From Actinomycetota bacterium (GTDB taxonomy: Bacteria > Actinomycetota > Acidimicrobiia > Acidimicrobiales > Ilumatobacteraceae): a stretch of DNA of 64,000 bases. Each line of letters begins with the position of its first letter. Positions within the stretch are counted from its first letter, which is position 1. Location of the stretch: assembly GCA_026393575.1 (NCBI GenBank), contig JAPKZX010000073.1, forward strand, positions 4,793 through 68,792, written 5' to 3'. This document shows positions 1-7,952 of the stretch, in pieces. Made by a program: the position numbers and the translations under genes. The notes beneath the pieces were generated by a model. The model saw only the letters and a program-made list of their open reading frames with translations. It had not been told where the DNA came from and searched no databases.

Positions 1-402
1 ATATGGAACATGATCATTCACCCAAATAATGAGTGAAGTATCGAATAAGACTTTTGCTCCACTCATGACAAACATTGAGATTGCGAACTGCACCAATGTG
101 GTGGAGGTAGCAGCGCCAACAACTGCAAGCGTGATGCCAATCATTCCAACTGTCATAGAGACAACACGGTTTCCTTTGTCAACCATGCGTCCAAGAATGG
201 GTGAACCAAGTCCGGCAAATTCTCCGATCATGAGCGCAACGCCCATTTGCGCGACGCTCACATCTAAACCGCGAGCGATTACTGCAATGAAGGGTGGGGC
301 GAAGCGATAGCACGCATTTGAAAAGAGGCGACCCCAGATGAGCCTGTCTAAATTCTTTCGAACAACTGGTGCGTATGTGTTGTCTATGTAGCGAGAAAAC
401 AT
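1..402 (-). CDS. MFS transporter, N-terminal part (gene continues beyond the left edge)
   Basis: Absent from the ORF track because there is no stop in the window. My reverse-strand translation from ATG 402-400 gives MFSRYIDNTYAPVVRKNLDRLIWGRLFSN...MIGEFAGLGSPILGRMVDKGNRVVSMTVGMIGITLAVVGA... This has hydrophobic TM segments and an MFS motif-A-like loop (G-R-M-V-D-K-G-N-R). The + ORF 29-310 is its antisense shadow. Confidence 0.65.
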   Translation of the reverse strand, partial: MFSRYIDNTYAPVVRKNLDRLIWGRLFSNACYRFAPPFIAVIARGLDVSVAQMGVALMIGEFAGLGSPILGRMVDKGNRVVSMTVGMIGITLAVVGAATSTTLVQFAISMFVMSGAKVLFDTSLIIWVNDHVPY

Positions 403-406
403 CTAG

Positions 407-1009
407 TTAGAGCTCTTCGCCGATTTCGCCGTGTTCGAATAACTCAACTACATCACCAACAGTGATGACTTCAGTTGCATCTGGCCACACAATGAACTCA
501 CAACCACCAAGGTTTGGTATGCGGCTATCACCTACGCGATGCGCACGACGCATCACACGAATAACGCCGGCATGTGCAACCACTAACACTTCGCCACCAG
601 GGAATTGTTCGGCAAGGTCAACAAGTGCAGCAGTGACGCGCGTGACGATGGAGATATCTGATTCGAAACCTGGCGGACGATTGTGTGCTTCTAGGTAACC
701 CGGCCAATCGCGTTCAATTTGGTCGTGGGTGAGACCTTGCCATTCACCAACATCGGTTTCACGAAATCGTGGATCTGCGTCTAACAAGCCAATGCCAAGA
801 CCTTCGGCGATGTATGTGGCGGTAATGCGTGAGCGACGTAAGTCGCTTGAGGCGATGGCGTCGAACATGCCGAGCTTCTGTGCAGCACGTCTCGCTTGTT
901 CGTATCCGAGGTCGGTTAGCTCAATATCTGCTTGACCCTGCCAGCGACCAAGAGCGTTCCATTCGCTTTGCCCATGGCGAAGCATCAAGATTTTGGTGGG
1001 AGGAGTCAC
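407..1009 (-). CDS. histidine phosphatase family protein (phosphoglycerate mutase-like)
   Basis: N-terminal LRHGQSEWN (RHG catalytic motif), and a later AHAGVIR histidine motif typical of the family. Confidence 0.85.
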   Translation of the reverse strand: MTPPTKILMLRHGQSEWNALGRWQGQADIELTDLGYEQARRAAQKLGMFDAIASSDLRRSRITATYIAEGLGIGLLDADPRFRETDVGEWQGLTHDQIERDWPGYLEAHNRPPGFESDISIVTRVTAALVDLAEQFPGGEVLVVAHAGVIRVMRRAHRVGDSRIPNLGGCEFIVWPDATEVITVGDVVELFEHGEIGEEL

Positions 1010-1051
1010 CCTTCGAGGATACTTCGGTACAGGTCAGACGAAGAACTGTTG

Positions 1052-1582
1052 TCAGTCGCCAGAAGTGATGCAGGCAAGGATTTCCAGAAAGAACTGGTCT
1101 GCCATTGCAATCATCTCTTCATCTGTTCGGTCTTGCACGGGGTGTGTGGTGTAAACCCTCTTCATCGAAGGTATGCCAAGAGCAACAGACTGGGCAGCGC
1201 CCGCAGAAATGAATTCCTCGGTGGCCACAAACACACCAGGTACTCCACGAAGTTCTAAATCTGAAATGTCATGCACACTGCATGACGTGCAACTGCCTCA
1301 ATCGGCTAATGCTTCAATGACCAAGTTGCATTGCGTAGCAATTTCTTGCCGCAAGTCAACTGGCGCAGGTTTTGTAAACGTTGGTTTAGAAAAACGAAGT
1401 ACTTTGGCACCGCGCTCTGTGAGCAATTCTTCAATGCGATTCAAAAAGACATTGCCGCGTGGCTTTGAAATGTCGAGCAACCCGACGGTGAGACCTTTCA
1501 CGCTGGCAGGACGAGCAAGCAATTGTCGTACGGCAGGCGTCGACTCATTGGTTGGATCGAGAATGGTGATGCCAGTTGCCAT
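1052..1582 (-). CDS. predicted selenoprotein with U-G-S-C motif (in-frame UGA at 1300-1298 read as Sec)
   Basis: ORFs 1298-1711(-) and 1052-1276(-) share one frame and are separated only by TGA. Read-through from ATG 1582 gives 176 aa: ...NLVIEALAD-U-GSCTSCSVHDISDLELRGVPGVF... A hairpin follows 11 nt after the UGA, and tRNA-Sec/selB/selA/selD lie within 2 kb. Confidence 0.7.
1268..1286 (-). promoter_or_regulatory. candidate bacterial SECIS hairpin
   Basis: The mRNA reads UGA-GGCAGUUGCAC-GUCAUGCA GUG UGCAUGAC. The arms are perfectly complementary (8 bp, or 7 bp with apical loop AGUGU containing GU). The hairpin starts 11 nt after the UGA. Confidence 0.55.
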
Positions 1583-1595
1583 GGGTATCAGTATG

Positions 1596-3041
1596 TCACG
1601 AGCCGACGATACGAGTGACGGGGTCTGAGCCGATTGCACCATTTGCCCATCCGGCAACGATGGATGAAAACAAACCTGCACCACCGCCGGCATAAGTAAG
1701 GAGCACTCCACCTGGGCGGAATTTAGGAAGTGTGGCGTCTTTCAGGTGGGGAGGAATACCTTCTGCCATATCGCGTGCGCCGCGAACAAGTTCACTGCCA
1801 TGCGTAAGAGAACGTTCGGTGATCTCGGCGATGAGTCGCTCGCGATCCCAACCAGCTTCTGCATACACGCGGCCGTGGTCTGGGCTGATTGTCAAAATTG
1901 CGTCGAAGCCAATGACCAATTTCGGGTGATGCACAGTTTGCAGCGAAGCGACAAGTGAATTAGTAAGTTCTTCCGGTGTGCGTGCAAGTTGGTCGACAAC
2001 ACATCGTGGTCCTTCACCCGCAAACACGGTGATTGCGTTTTGGCCTAGCGGCACTCCGCGTTCTGTGGCTAACGAAGTAAATGGCGAACCTTCTTCGTCT
2101 TCAGCAAAACAGAATGAGATTTTTCCTGGGTTGCCATGTGTTGCACGGTCGACTTCACCGGGGCGGCCACCACCCACATTGCGAATCGTGAGTTGCACGG
2201 CACGACCAATGGTGTTGTTCGCACGATTGCCTTGACCAAATGCGTTGATGCCAGAGTTCATTCCGATGGCGCGTGTACCTGGGCCATTACAGATGATGAC
2301 GGGGCCGACAGGCATTGTGGTGGCCAACACTCCGTGCATATTGAATTGGTCGTTACACACTGCTTCAAGAGCTGCGATGACCCACGGCATGTACTCGGGA
2401 AGGCAACCAGCCATGACTGCGTTGATTGCGATCTTTTCAACGGTGAGTTCCACAAGGTCTGGCGGCGCAATTGCAATGACATCTTGTGGGTGGCGCGTTG
2501 TTCCGGTGAGCATGCGCAACACACGCTCACGTGTTGGCGGAATGACAGGCAAACCGTCTGTCCATCCGCGCGCATACATCGCTTCAAATTCATCTTCTGC
2601 AGCAGAAAATTCAACGGTTCGTGCAATCACGGGTGAATCGGTGAACTTTGCGCGCAACTTGTCGACAATGTCTGGGTCGACACTCATGGAGCCGCAACCA
2701 GGTCGCATGGCTGGTAAGTCAGCACCTAAGTCGGCGATACCGGTGATGCGTTGCCAATCAGTTGCTTTCCAACCAAATGTTCGTTCCACTTCTTTGCCAT
2801 TGACCACTTTGATCAGTGTGGGAACAGTGTCGATGTCGTAGTGCCACGAGACAGACAAATCTTCATCATGAATTGGTGAGACAGACGATGGAAAGGTTGG
2901 ATCATCTTGCGTATAAACGGTCAGTGAGTTGGTGGCAGAAGCAATGTGAGAAAGAATAGGTTCCACCATTTGGCAGGTGGCGCATTCACGCTTCACGATG
3001 ACGACGAATCCGTTAGGAAGGTCTGGCGCAACAGAACTCAT
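1596..3041 (-). CDS. thioredoxin-fold (CxxC) domain fused to a large uncharacterised domain
   Basis: The N-terminus VVIVKRECATCQMVEPIL...VPTLIKV looks like a Trx fold with a C-A-T-C redox motif. I do not recognise the remaining ~350 aa. The stop lies 14 nt upstream of the selenoprotein start. Confidence 0.75.
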   Translation of the reverse strand: MSSVAPDLPNGFVVIVKRECATCQMVEPILSHIASATNSLTVYTQDDPTFPSSVSPIHDEDLSVSWHYDIDTVPTLIKVVNGKEVERTFGWKATDWQRITGIADLGADLPAMRPGCGSMSVDPDIVDKLRAKFTDSPVIARTVEFSAAEDEFEAMYARGWTDGLPVIPPTRERVLRMLTGTTRHPQDVIAIAPPDLVELTVEKIAINAVMAGCLPEYMPWVIAALEAVCNDQFNMHGVLATTMPVGPVIICNGPGTRAIGMNSGINAFGQGNRANNTIGRAVQLTIRNVGGGRPGEVDRATHGNPGKISFCFAEDEEGSPFTSLATERGVPLGQNAITVFAGEGPRCVVDQLARTPEELTNSLVASLQTVHHPKLVIGFDAILTISPDHGRVYAEAGWDRERLIAEITERSLTHGSELVRGARDMAEGIPPHLKDATLPKFRPGGVLLTYAGGGAGLFSSIVAGWANGAIGSDPVTRIVGS

Positions 3042-3060
3042 GGCCGAACGCTACTCTGAC

Positions 3061-3159
3061 GGCGGAGGCGTTTGAGTACCTGGTGGGCTTCGCTGTCTTC
3101 AAAACAGACGGAACGGGCGAACCCCGTTCGGCGGGTTCGATTCCCGTCCGCCTCCGCCA
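3061..3159 (+). tRNA. selC: tRNA-Sec (anticodon UCA)
   Basis: Complementary GGCGGAGG / CCTCCGCC acceptor ends. Anticodon loop C-U-UCA-A-A with UCA at 3099-3101. Long variable-arm hairpin GAACGGG-CGAA-CCCGUUC, T arm GCGGG-UUCGAUU-CCCGU, and 3' G-CCA encoded. An alternative 5' end at 3064 gives a 96-nt molecule. I could not draw the D arm cleanly by hand. Confidence 0.85.
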
Positions 3160-4860
3160 TCACCAGGCATGTCCCGGCAAGCGCACATCACCATTGCGTT
3201 TGGTGAGACCCACTTTGTCGAGACAAGTAGCAAGGGGTACAGCGTGCTTGCGGGTAATACCAAGTGCATCGCGAAGTTGAGCCATGGTGAAACCGTCTGG
3301 GTGTGTCTGCCATAGAGCCGTCAACTGAGGGCGCACGTCGTTCAATGTGTCTACATGAAAAGCAATGTTGTCGTGTTCGAACAAAACATTTCGTTGTACT
3401 AACTGGCGAATGATGTTTCGATCAAGTGTTGCGGTGTCTGGTGTAAGTAAACCAGCTAGTTGAAACTCGGCAACATACGCGTGATCAAGTAGCGGGTCTT
3501 GTTTCGCACGCGACGCCACACCGTTATGGACAACAACATCCTTCAGTGTTCTCACGATGTCTTGTTCGTATGCAGCAAGATCTGTCATCGTGATGGACAA
3601 TTCATTTTCAAGTCGATTATTCAGTTGTTGAACAGTGTCGTTGTAATCGGCAGGCAACGCGTACCACGAACCAATTGTGGGTTGCAGATTTTGTCCAGTT
3701 AGCAGTCGTGCCTGAGTAATGGAAAGAAAGCCACGTTGCTGAAGGATGTCTTCGGGCGTTGCATCTGTATGTGCAAAACGCACTGGCCCTTGTGGATCGA
3801 GATTAATGATGTGCCCACCGCCAACAGTTTGGTCTATTCCTGTGTCGCGCAGAACAACATGGTCATGAATTGCCAACGGAAGCGGTTGTGAGAAACGCAA
3901 TCGAACAGTGGCAGTTTCTCCGGGGCTAATAGAAGAAGTGTGAGCAATGCGCACAGTGACGCTCTGCATGGTGGTGCCGATGTGCAATGTGAAACTTCCG
4001 CGGTGAGTCATCGGACGCTTCAGTGTTGAGACAGCGGTAAAGTGCACATCAACAACTGATGTCATGAGATATGACTGCTGCTGTATCAGTGCATCGCCGC
4101 GGTGAAGGTCTGAGCTGTCGATGCCCACAATGTTCAGCGCACATCGCGAACGTGGCTCGCATGTTTGGACAGATGAATCAAGAGTTTGTACTTCTCTAAC
4201 GCGTACCTCTTGGCTAGTGCGCGCAACGTGCAGCACGTCACCAACACTCACAGACGCACCTTCAAGAGTTCCCGTCACCACGGTTCCCGACCCGCGAATA
4301 GTGAACACACGATCGATAAACAAACGTGTTGGTCTTGCATGGGTAGGTGGTTCTTCGTTTTCAAGAAGAGACGAGAGATGATGCAGCAGTTCTGGCAATC
4401 CTTTTTGCGTAACTACGGATGTGCTCATGAAGTTGGTCCAGTGAATGGAACTATCTATCAGTCGCTGTCGAATATCTTCTTCTAACTCGGTCAACTCAAT
4501 CTCGGTCGCCTTGTCGCTTTTGGTAATGACAATGACACCCGTACGTATGTTGAGCAGTTGTAATACATCGAGGTGTTCTTGCGTTTGTGGCATCCAGCCT
4601 TCGTGGGCATCAACAATCAGCATCGCAATGTCTACTCCGCTGACGCCAGCGATCATTGTGCGAATGAAATCAGCATGACCAGGAACATCCACAAAACTCA
4701 AAGATGTTCCGTTGGGTGTCATGCAATGTGCAAAACCAAGGTCAATCGTCATGCCTTTGCGTTTTTCTTCGGCGAGGCGGTCTGGGTCTGTCCCAGTTAA
4801 TGCAAGAACAAGAGAAGACTTGCCGTGGTCGACATGTCCGGCGGTTGCAATGACTGCCAT
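3160..4860 (-). CDS. selB: selenocysteine-specific translation elongation factor SelB
   Basis: GTPase motifs AGHVDHGKSSL, DVPGH and TKSD, followed by a long C-terminal extension of the length expected for the SelB mRNA-binding domains. Neighbours are selA and tRNA-Sec. Confidence 0.93.
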   Translation of the reverse strand: MAVIATAGHVDHGKSSLVLALTGTDPDRLAEEKRKGMTIDLGFAHCMTPNGTSLSFVDVPGHADFIRTMIAGVSGVDIAMLIVDAHEGWMPQTQEHLDVLQLLNIRTGVIVITKSDKATEIELTELEEDIRQRLIDSSIHWTNFMSTSVVTQKGLPELLHHLSSLLENEEPPTHARPTRLFIDRVFTIRGSGTVVTGTLEGASVSVGDVLHVARTSQEVRVREVQTLDSSVQTCEPRSRCALNIVGIDSSDLHRGDALIQQQSYLMTSVVDVHFTAVSTLKRPMTHRGSFTLHIGTTMQSVTVRIAHTSSISPGETATVRLRFSQPLPLAIHDHVVLRDTGIDQTVGGGHIINLDPQGPVRFAHTDATPEDILQQRGFLSITQARLLTGQNLQPTIGSWYALPADYNDTVQQLNNRLENELSITMTDLAAYEQDIVRTLKDVVVHNGVASRAKQDPLLDHAYVAEFQLAGLLTPDTATLDRNIIRQLVQRNVLFEHDNIAFHVDTLNDVRPQLTALWQTHPDGFTMAQLRDALGITRKHAVPLATCLDKVGLTKRNGDVRLPGHAW

Positions 4861-4863
4861 GAG

Positions 4864-6171
4864 TTATTTCAAAGAGTTCACAGCATCAATGATGATGGAG
4901 TCATCATCGGGGTGCACGCTTCGTAGATCTATATATGTGGTGTTCGCTACAGTGCGAGCAATTACGGGCGTTGCATGGCGCCGAAGTGCCGCGCGCTGGT
5001 CGCCAGCCAATGAGATTCCATGTGATTCGATGGTGCTTCCTGGTGCCGAACCGGCACCGATGAGTGAATCCAACGCAACACTTGTACCGACCCCAGTTGC
5101 AGCGATGAGGCGCTCTGCTCGTGTGGCTAGTTCTTGAAGAGGCGTTGTGGCCATTGCCCAGAATGGAATCTGTGTGCATACGTTGCGCGCGCTGTAGGAC
5201 AGCAACACATTTTGTAATGCAAGAAGTGTGTGTCCACCGGGCCGGAGTGTACGCATGAGTGGATGCGCAGCACATTGCGCCACCAGATCTGCACGACCGG
5301 CAATCACTCCGCATTGTGGACCGCCAAGAAGTTTGTCGCCGCTAAACGTAATGAGGTCTGCGCCGTCGGCGATTGCTTGTCGTGCAGCAGGTTCTTGTGC
5401 AATCCACGATGGAACATTTTCGAGGTATCCCTGCAACCAAGGTGCGGTGTTGTCTAAGAGGCCAGAACCAATGTCGGCCACAACAGGAACTTCGAGCGTG
5501 GCAAGTTCGGAGATACTTGTTTGTTCTGTGAAACCTTCAATAGAAAAATTTGAAGGATGCACTTTCAGCAATAACGCAATGTCGTTCTTGCGCGAATCAA
5601 TGGCACGTTCGTAATCGCGGAGGCGAGTGCGGTTGGTTGTACCAACATCAACTAGACGCGCACCAGATTGTTCCATGACATCGGGTATTCGAAAGCCACC
5701 GCCAATCTCAACGCTTTCTCCTCGTGACACTGCTACGTCGCGGCCTTCCGCAAGTGCAGCAAGTACCAACATGACAGCTGCAGCATTGTTGTTGACAACA
5801 ATTGCATCTTCAACATTGAGCAGTTGGCCGAATAATTCCGAGACTGCAGTGTGTCGCGAACCACGTTCTCCATTTGCAAGATTGAATTCAAGATTCGTTG
5901 GTCTGTGTGAGTCGGTCATCGCAAGTGGAGCGCGACCCAGATTCGTATGAAGCAACACGCCAGTACCGTTCACCACAGTGGTGAGTAACGATTGTGAGAA
6001 ATACAAAGCATTGTCGTAGGCCGCACCCTGAGCATCTTGTGGAGCATCGCGGACTGCTTCACGAGCGCAATGAACAAGTACGGCATGGGGCAATGTGAAT
6101 GACTTGGCCAATTCACGTGCAATGACGTCCACAGACGGGGGGTGCACTTGCTGGTTGCTCACGATTGTCAA
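4864..6171 (-). CDS. selA: L-seryl-tRNA(Sec) selenium transferase SelA
   Basis: Contains FSGDKLLGGPQCGVIAGR (the PLP-lysine motif of SelA). Size is 435 aa. The start is TTG at 6171-6169. Confidence 0.92.
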   Translation of the reverse strand: MTIVSNQQVHPPSVDVIARELAKSFTLPHAVLVHCAREAVRDAPQDAQGAAYDNALYFSQSLLTTVVNGTGVLLHTNLGRAPLAMTDSHRPTNLEFNLANGERGSRHTAVSELFGQLLNVEDAIVVNNNAAAVMLVLAALAEGRDVAVSRGESVEIGGGFRIPDVMEQSGARLVDVGTTNRTRLRDYERAIDSRKNDIALLLKVHPSNFSIEGFTEQTSISELATLEVPVVADIGSGLLDNTAPWLQGYLENVPSWIAQEPAARQAIADGADLITFSGDKLLGGPQCGVIAGRADLVAQCAAHPLMRTLRPGGHTLLALQNVLLSYSARNVCTQIPFWAMATTPLQELATRAERLIAATGVGTSVALDSLIGAGSAPGSTIESHGISLAGDQRAALRRHATPVIARTVANTTYIDLRSVHPDDDSIIIDAVNSLK

Positions 6172-6189
6172 CCTAGTAGTTTGCGAACT

Positions 6190-7203
6190 GTGAATAACAA
6201 CGAGAGCACTATCAAGTTGACCGAATGGACTTCGTGTGGCGGGTGCGCTGCCAAATGGGGAGCATCGCTCCTTTCAGATTTGGTACGCGATCTGCCCGAA
6301 AGTTTTGATTCGTCTCTACTTGTTGGGCTCGCGCCGTTTGATGATGCTGCGGTGTATCAACTCACACCTGAAGTTGCCTTGGTGAGCACCACCGATTTTT
6401 TCCCACCGCTTGTGGATGACCCGTCTGACTTTGGTGCGATAGCGGCGGCCAATGCATGTAGTGATGTCTTTGCAATGGGTGGTCGTGTGGTGTTGGCTGT
6501 GAACATTGCAGCGTTCCCCGAAGAGTTACCACGCGATGTCATTGCATCAATTTTCGCTGCAGCATCTGAAACAGTGCGTGATGCAGGCGGAACGATTGCT
6601 GGTGGTCACACGATTCGCAATCCGGAACCAATTTTTGGTCTAGCAGTACAAGGCGTTGTTGACCCACGACACATTTTCCGCAAGAGCGGAGCTTTGCCCG
6701 GTGACATTGCAATTTTGTCGAAGCCATTGGGAACTGGCCTTGTGACTGCAGCCGGCACAGCGGAACAAAAGAAATCTGCGATTGCTGGAATGCGTACGTT
6801 GAATCGGGTGGCTGCAGAACAGTTGAGAGAACATCAAGACAGCGTGCACGCAGTCACTGACGTCACCGGATACGGATTGGCTGGCCACGGATGGGAAATG
6901 TCCGATAGGTCGGGGGCGCGCCTCATTATCGATAGTGCATCGTTACCTCTATATGAAGGTGCGCACGAGATTGCTGCATCTGGTCATCGAACGGGTGGCG
7001 ACCCGCGCAATCGCGCGTACGTTGCAGATCGATTGACCACAACAGCAGATGATTCGTATGTGGCGTTATGCATGGATCCACAGACGTCGGGTGGACTCCT
7101 TGCAGCAGTCACACCCGAGGTTGCTAAGACATTGTGCTCGACAGATCAGTGGACACAGATAGGCCATTTCACTGGTGAGACACCAGGTATTGAAATCCGA
7201 TAG
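6190..7203 (+). CDS. selD: selenide, water dikinase SelD (Cys-type)
   Basis: N-terminal LTEWTSCGGCAAKWG (the SelD glycine-rich Cys/Sec loop) and AIR-synthase-like body. The start is uncertain: GTG 6190 or TTG 6181. The track start 6142 would overlap the selA start. Confidence 0.88.
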   Translation: MNNNESTIKLTEWTSCGGCAAKWGASLLSDLVRDLPESFDSSLLVGLAPFDDAAVYQLTPEVALVSTTDFFPPLVDDPSDFGAIAAANACSDVFAMGGRVVLAVNIAAFPEELPRDVIASIFAAASETVRDAGGTIAGGHTIRNPEPIFGLAVQGVVDPRHIFRKSGALPGDIAILSKPLGTGLVTAAGTAEQKKSAIAGMRTLNRVAAEQLREHQDSVHAVTDVTGYGLAGHGWEMSDRSGARLIIDSASLPLYEGAHEIAASGHRTGGDPRNRAYVADRLTTTADDSYVALCMDPQTSGGLLAAVTPEVAKTLCSTDQWTQIGHFTGETPGIEIR

Positions 7204-7218
7204 CACCACGCCGATACG

Positions 7219-7467
7219 ATGCCCATTGTGGCTGTTGTTCGATTTTTTGCTCAGGCGAGAGAAGCAGCAGGTGTTGGTCAGGCCGAAATTGCAGGCGCAA
7301 CTGTGGCCGATGTATTGGAAAACGCCGTTGCCACCTTTGGCGAGGGCCTTGGTCGCGTGATTTCTATGAGCAAAGTATGGGTGAATGGCGAAGAAGTGCC
7401 ACGCGACCACCTCGTGAGCGATAAAGATGAGGTAGCGGTATTGCCGCCTGTCTCGGGAGGAATCTAA
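7219..7467 (+). CDS. MoaD/ThiS-family sulfur-carrier protein, C-terminus GG-I
   Basis: VRFFAQAREAAG...DKDEVAVLPPVSGG followed by one extra Ile before the stop. This is a typical MoaD beta-grasp signature. Confidence 0.85.
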   Translation: MPIVAVVRFFAQAREAAGVGQAEIAGATVADVLENAVATFGEGLGRVISMSKVWVNGEEVPRDHLVSDKDEVAVLPPVSGGI

Positions 7468-7952
7468 TGGCAACTAAACCACCACAGTCCGTTGCAGAGA
7501 TTCGCGCCCAACGCAATGCGTTACAGGCTGAAGAAGACGCAATTTCTTTTGTTCGCCGACTAGCGCAAGGTCGTCTTGACCTGGTGCAAGACGAAGAACG
7601 TCGTCGTGCCACAGGAACCGAAACGCCAGTGGGTTCGCTTGCTGATCGACTCGCGGATGTTTTTGGTCAACAACATGGTGGTGGCAGCGCTCGACCTCCA
7701 CGCGAAACAAACATTCCTGCAGATCATCCGCTAGTGAAAGAGCTAGATGAATTGTGCGAACACTATGAATTTGAATCACTAGAGAATTTGGATTCGAAGT
7801 CGCTCTCTGAACTTGCTGGTGCTCTCAGCATGTTTGAAAAATCATGTTCTCAACTGCGCCATGATTTATTCGAGAAAATCGATGCGTTAACCGCAGCACT
7901 TGTGGCCAGCGTGCGCGCTAGCGGCGCGGGCTCCGTGGTGAAAGACCAGTAA
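7467..7952 (+). CDS. RsiG-like coiled-coil protein (putative c-di-GMP-binding anti-sigma factor homologue)
   Basis: Residues 23-38, EDAISFVRRLAQGRLD, match E-x3-S-x2-R-x3-Q-x3-D exactly. Residues 124-139, EKSCSQLRHDLFEKID, match except Q to F. The predicted helical regions are joined by a Gly/Pro linker. Confidence 0.6.
   Translation: MATKPPQSVAEIRAQRNALQAEEDAISFVRRLAQGRLDLVQDEERRRATGTETPVGSLADRLADVFGQQHGGGSARPPRETNIPADHPLVKELDELCEHYEFESLENLDSKSLSELAGALSMFEKSCSQLRHDLFEKIDALTAALVASVRASGAGSVVKDQ

Noticed and set aside
29-310. 93-aa plus-strand ORF at the left edge.
   Set aside because: It is antisense to the MFS transporter gene, whose translation shows TM helices and motif A.
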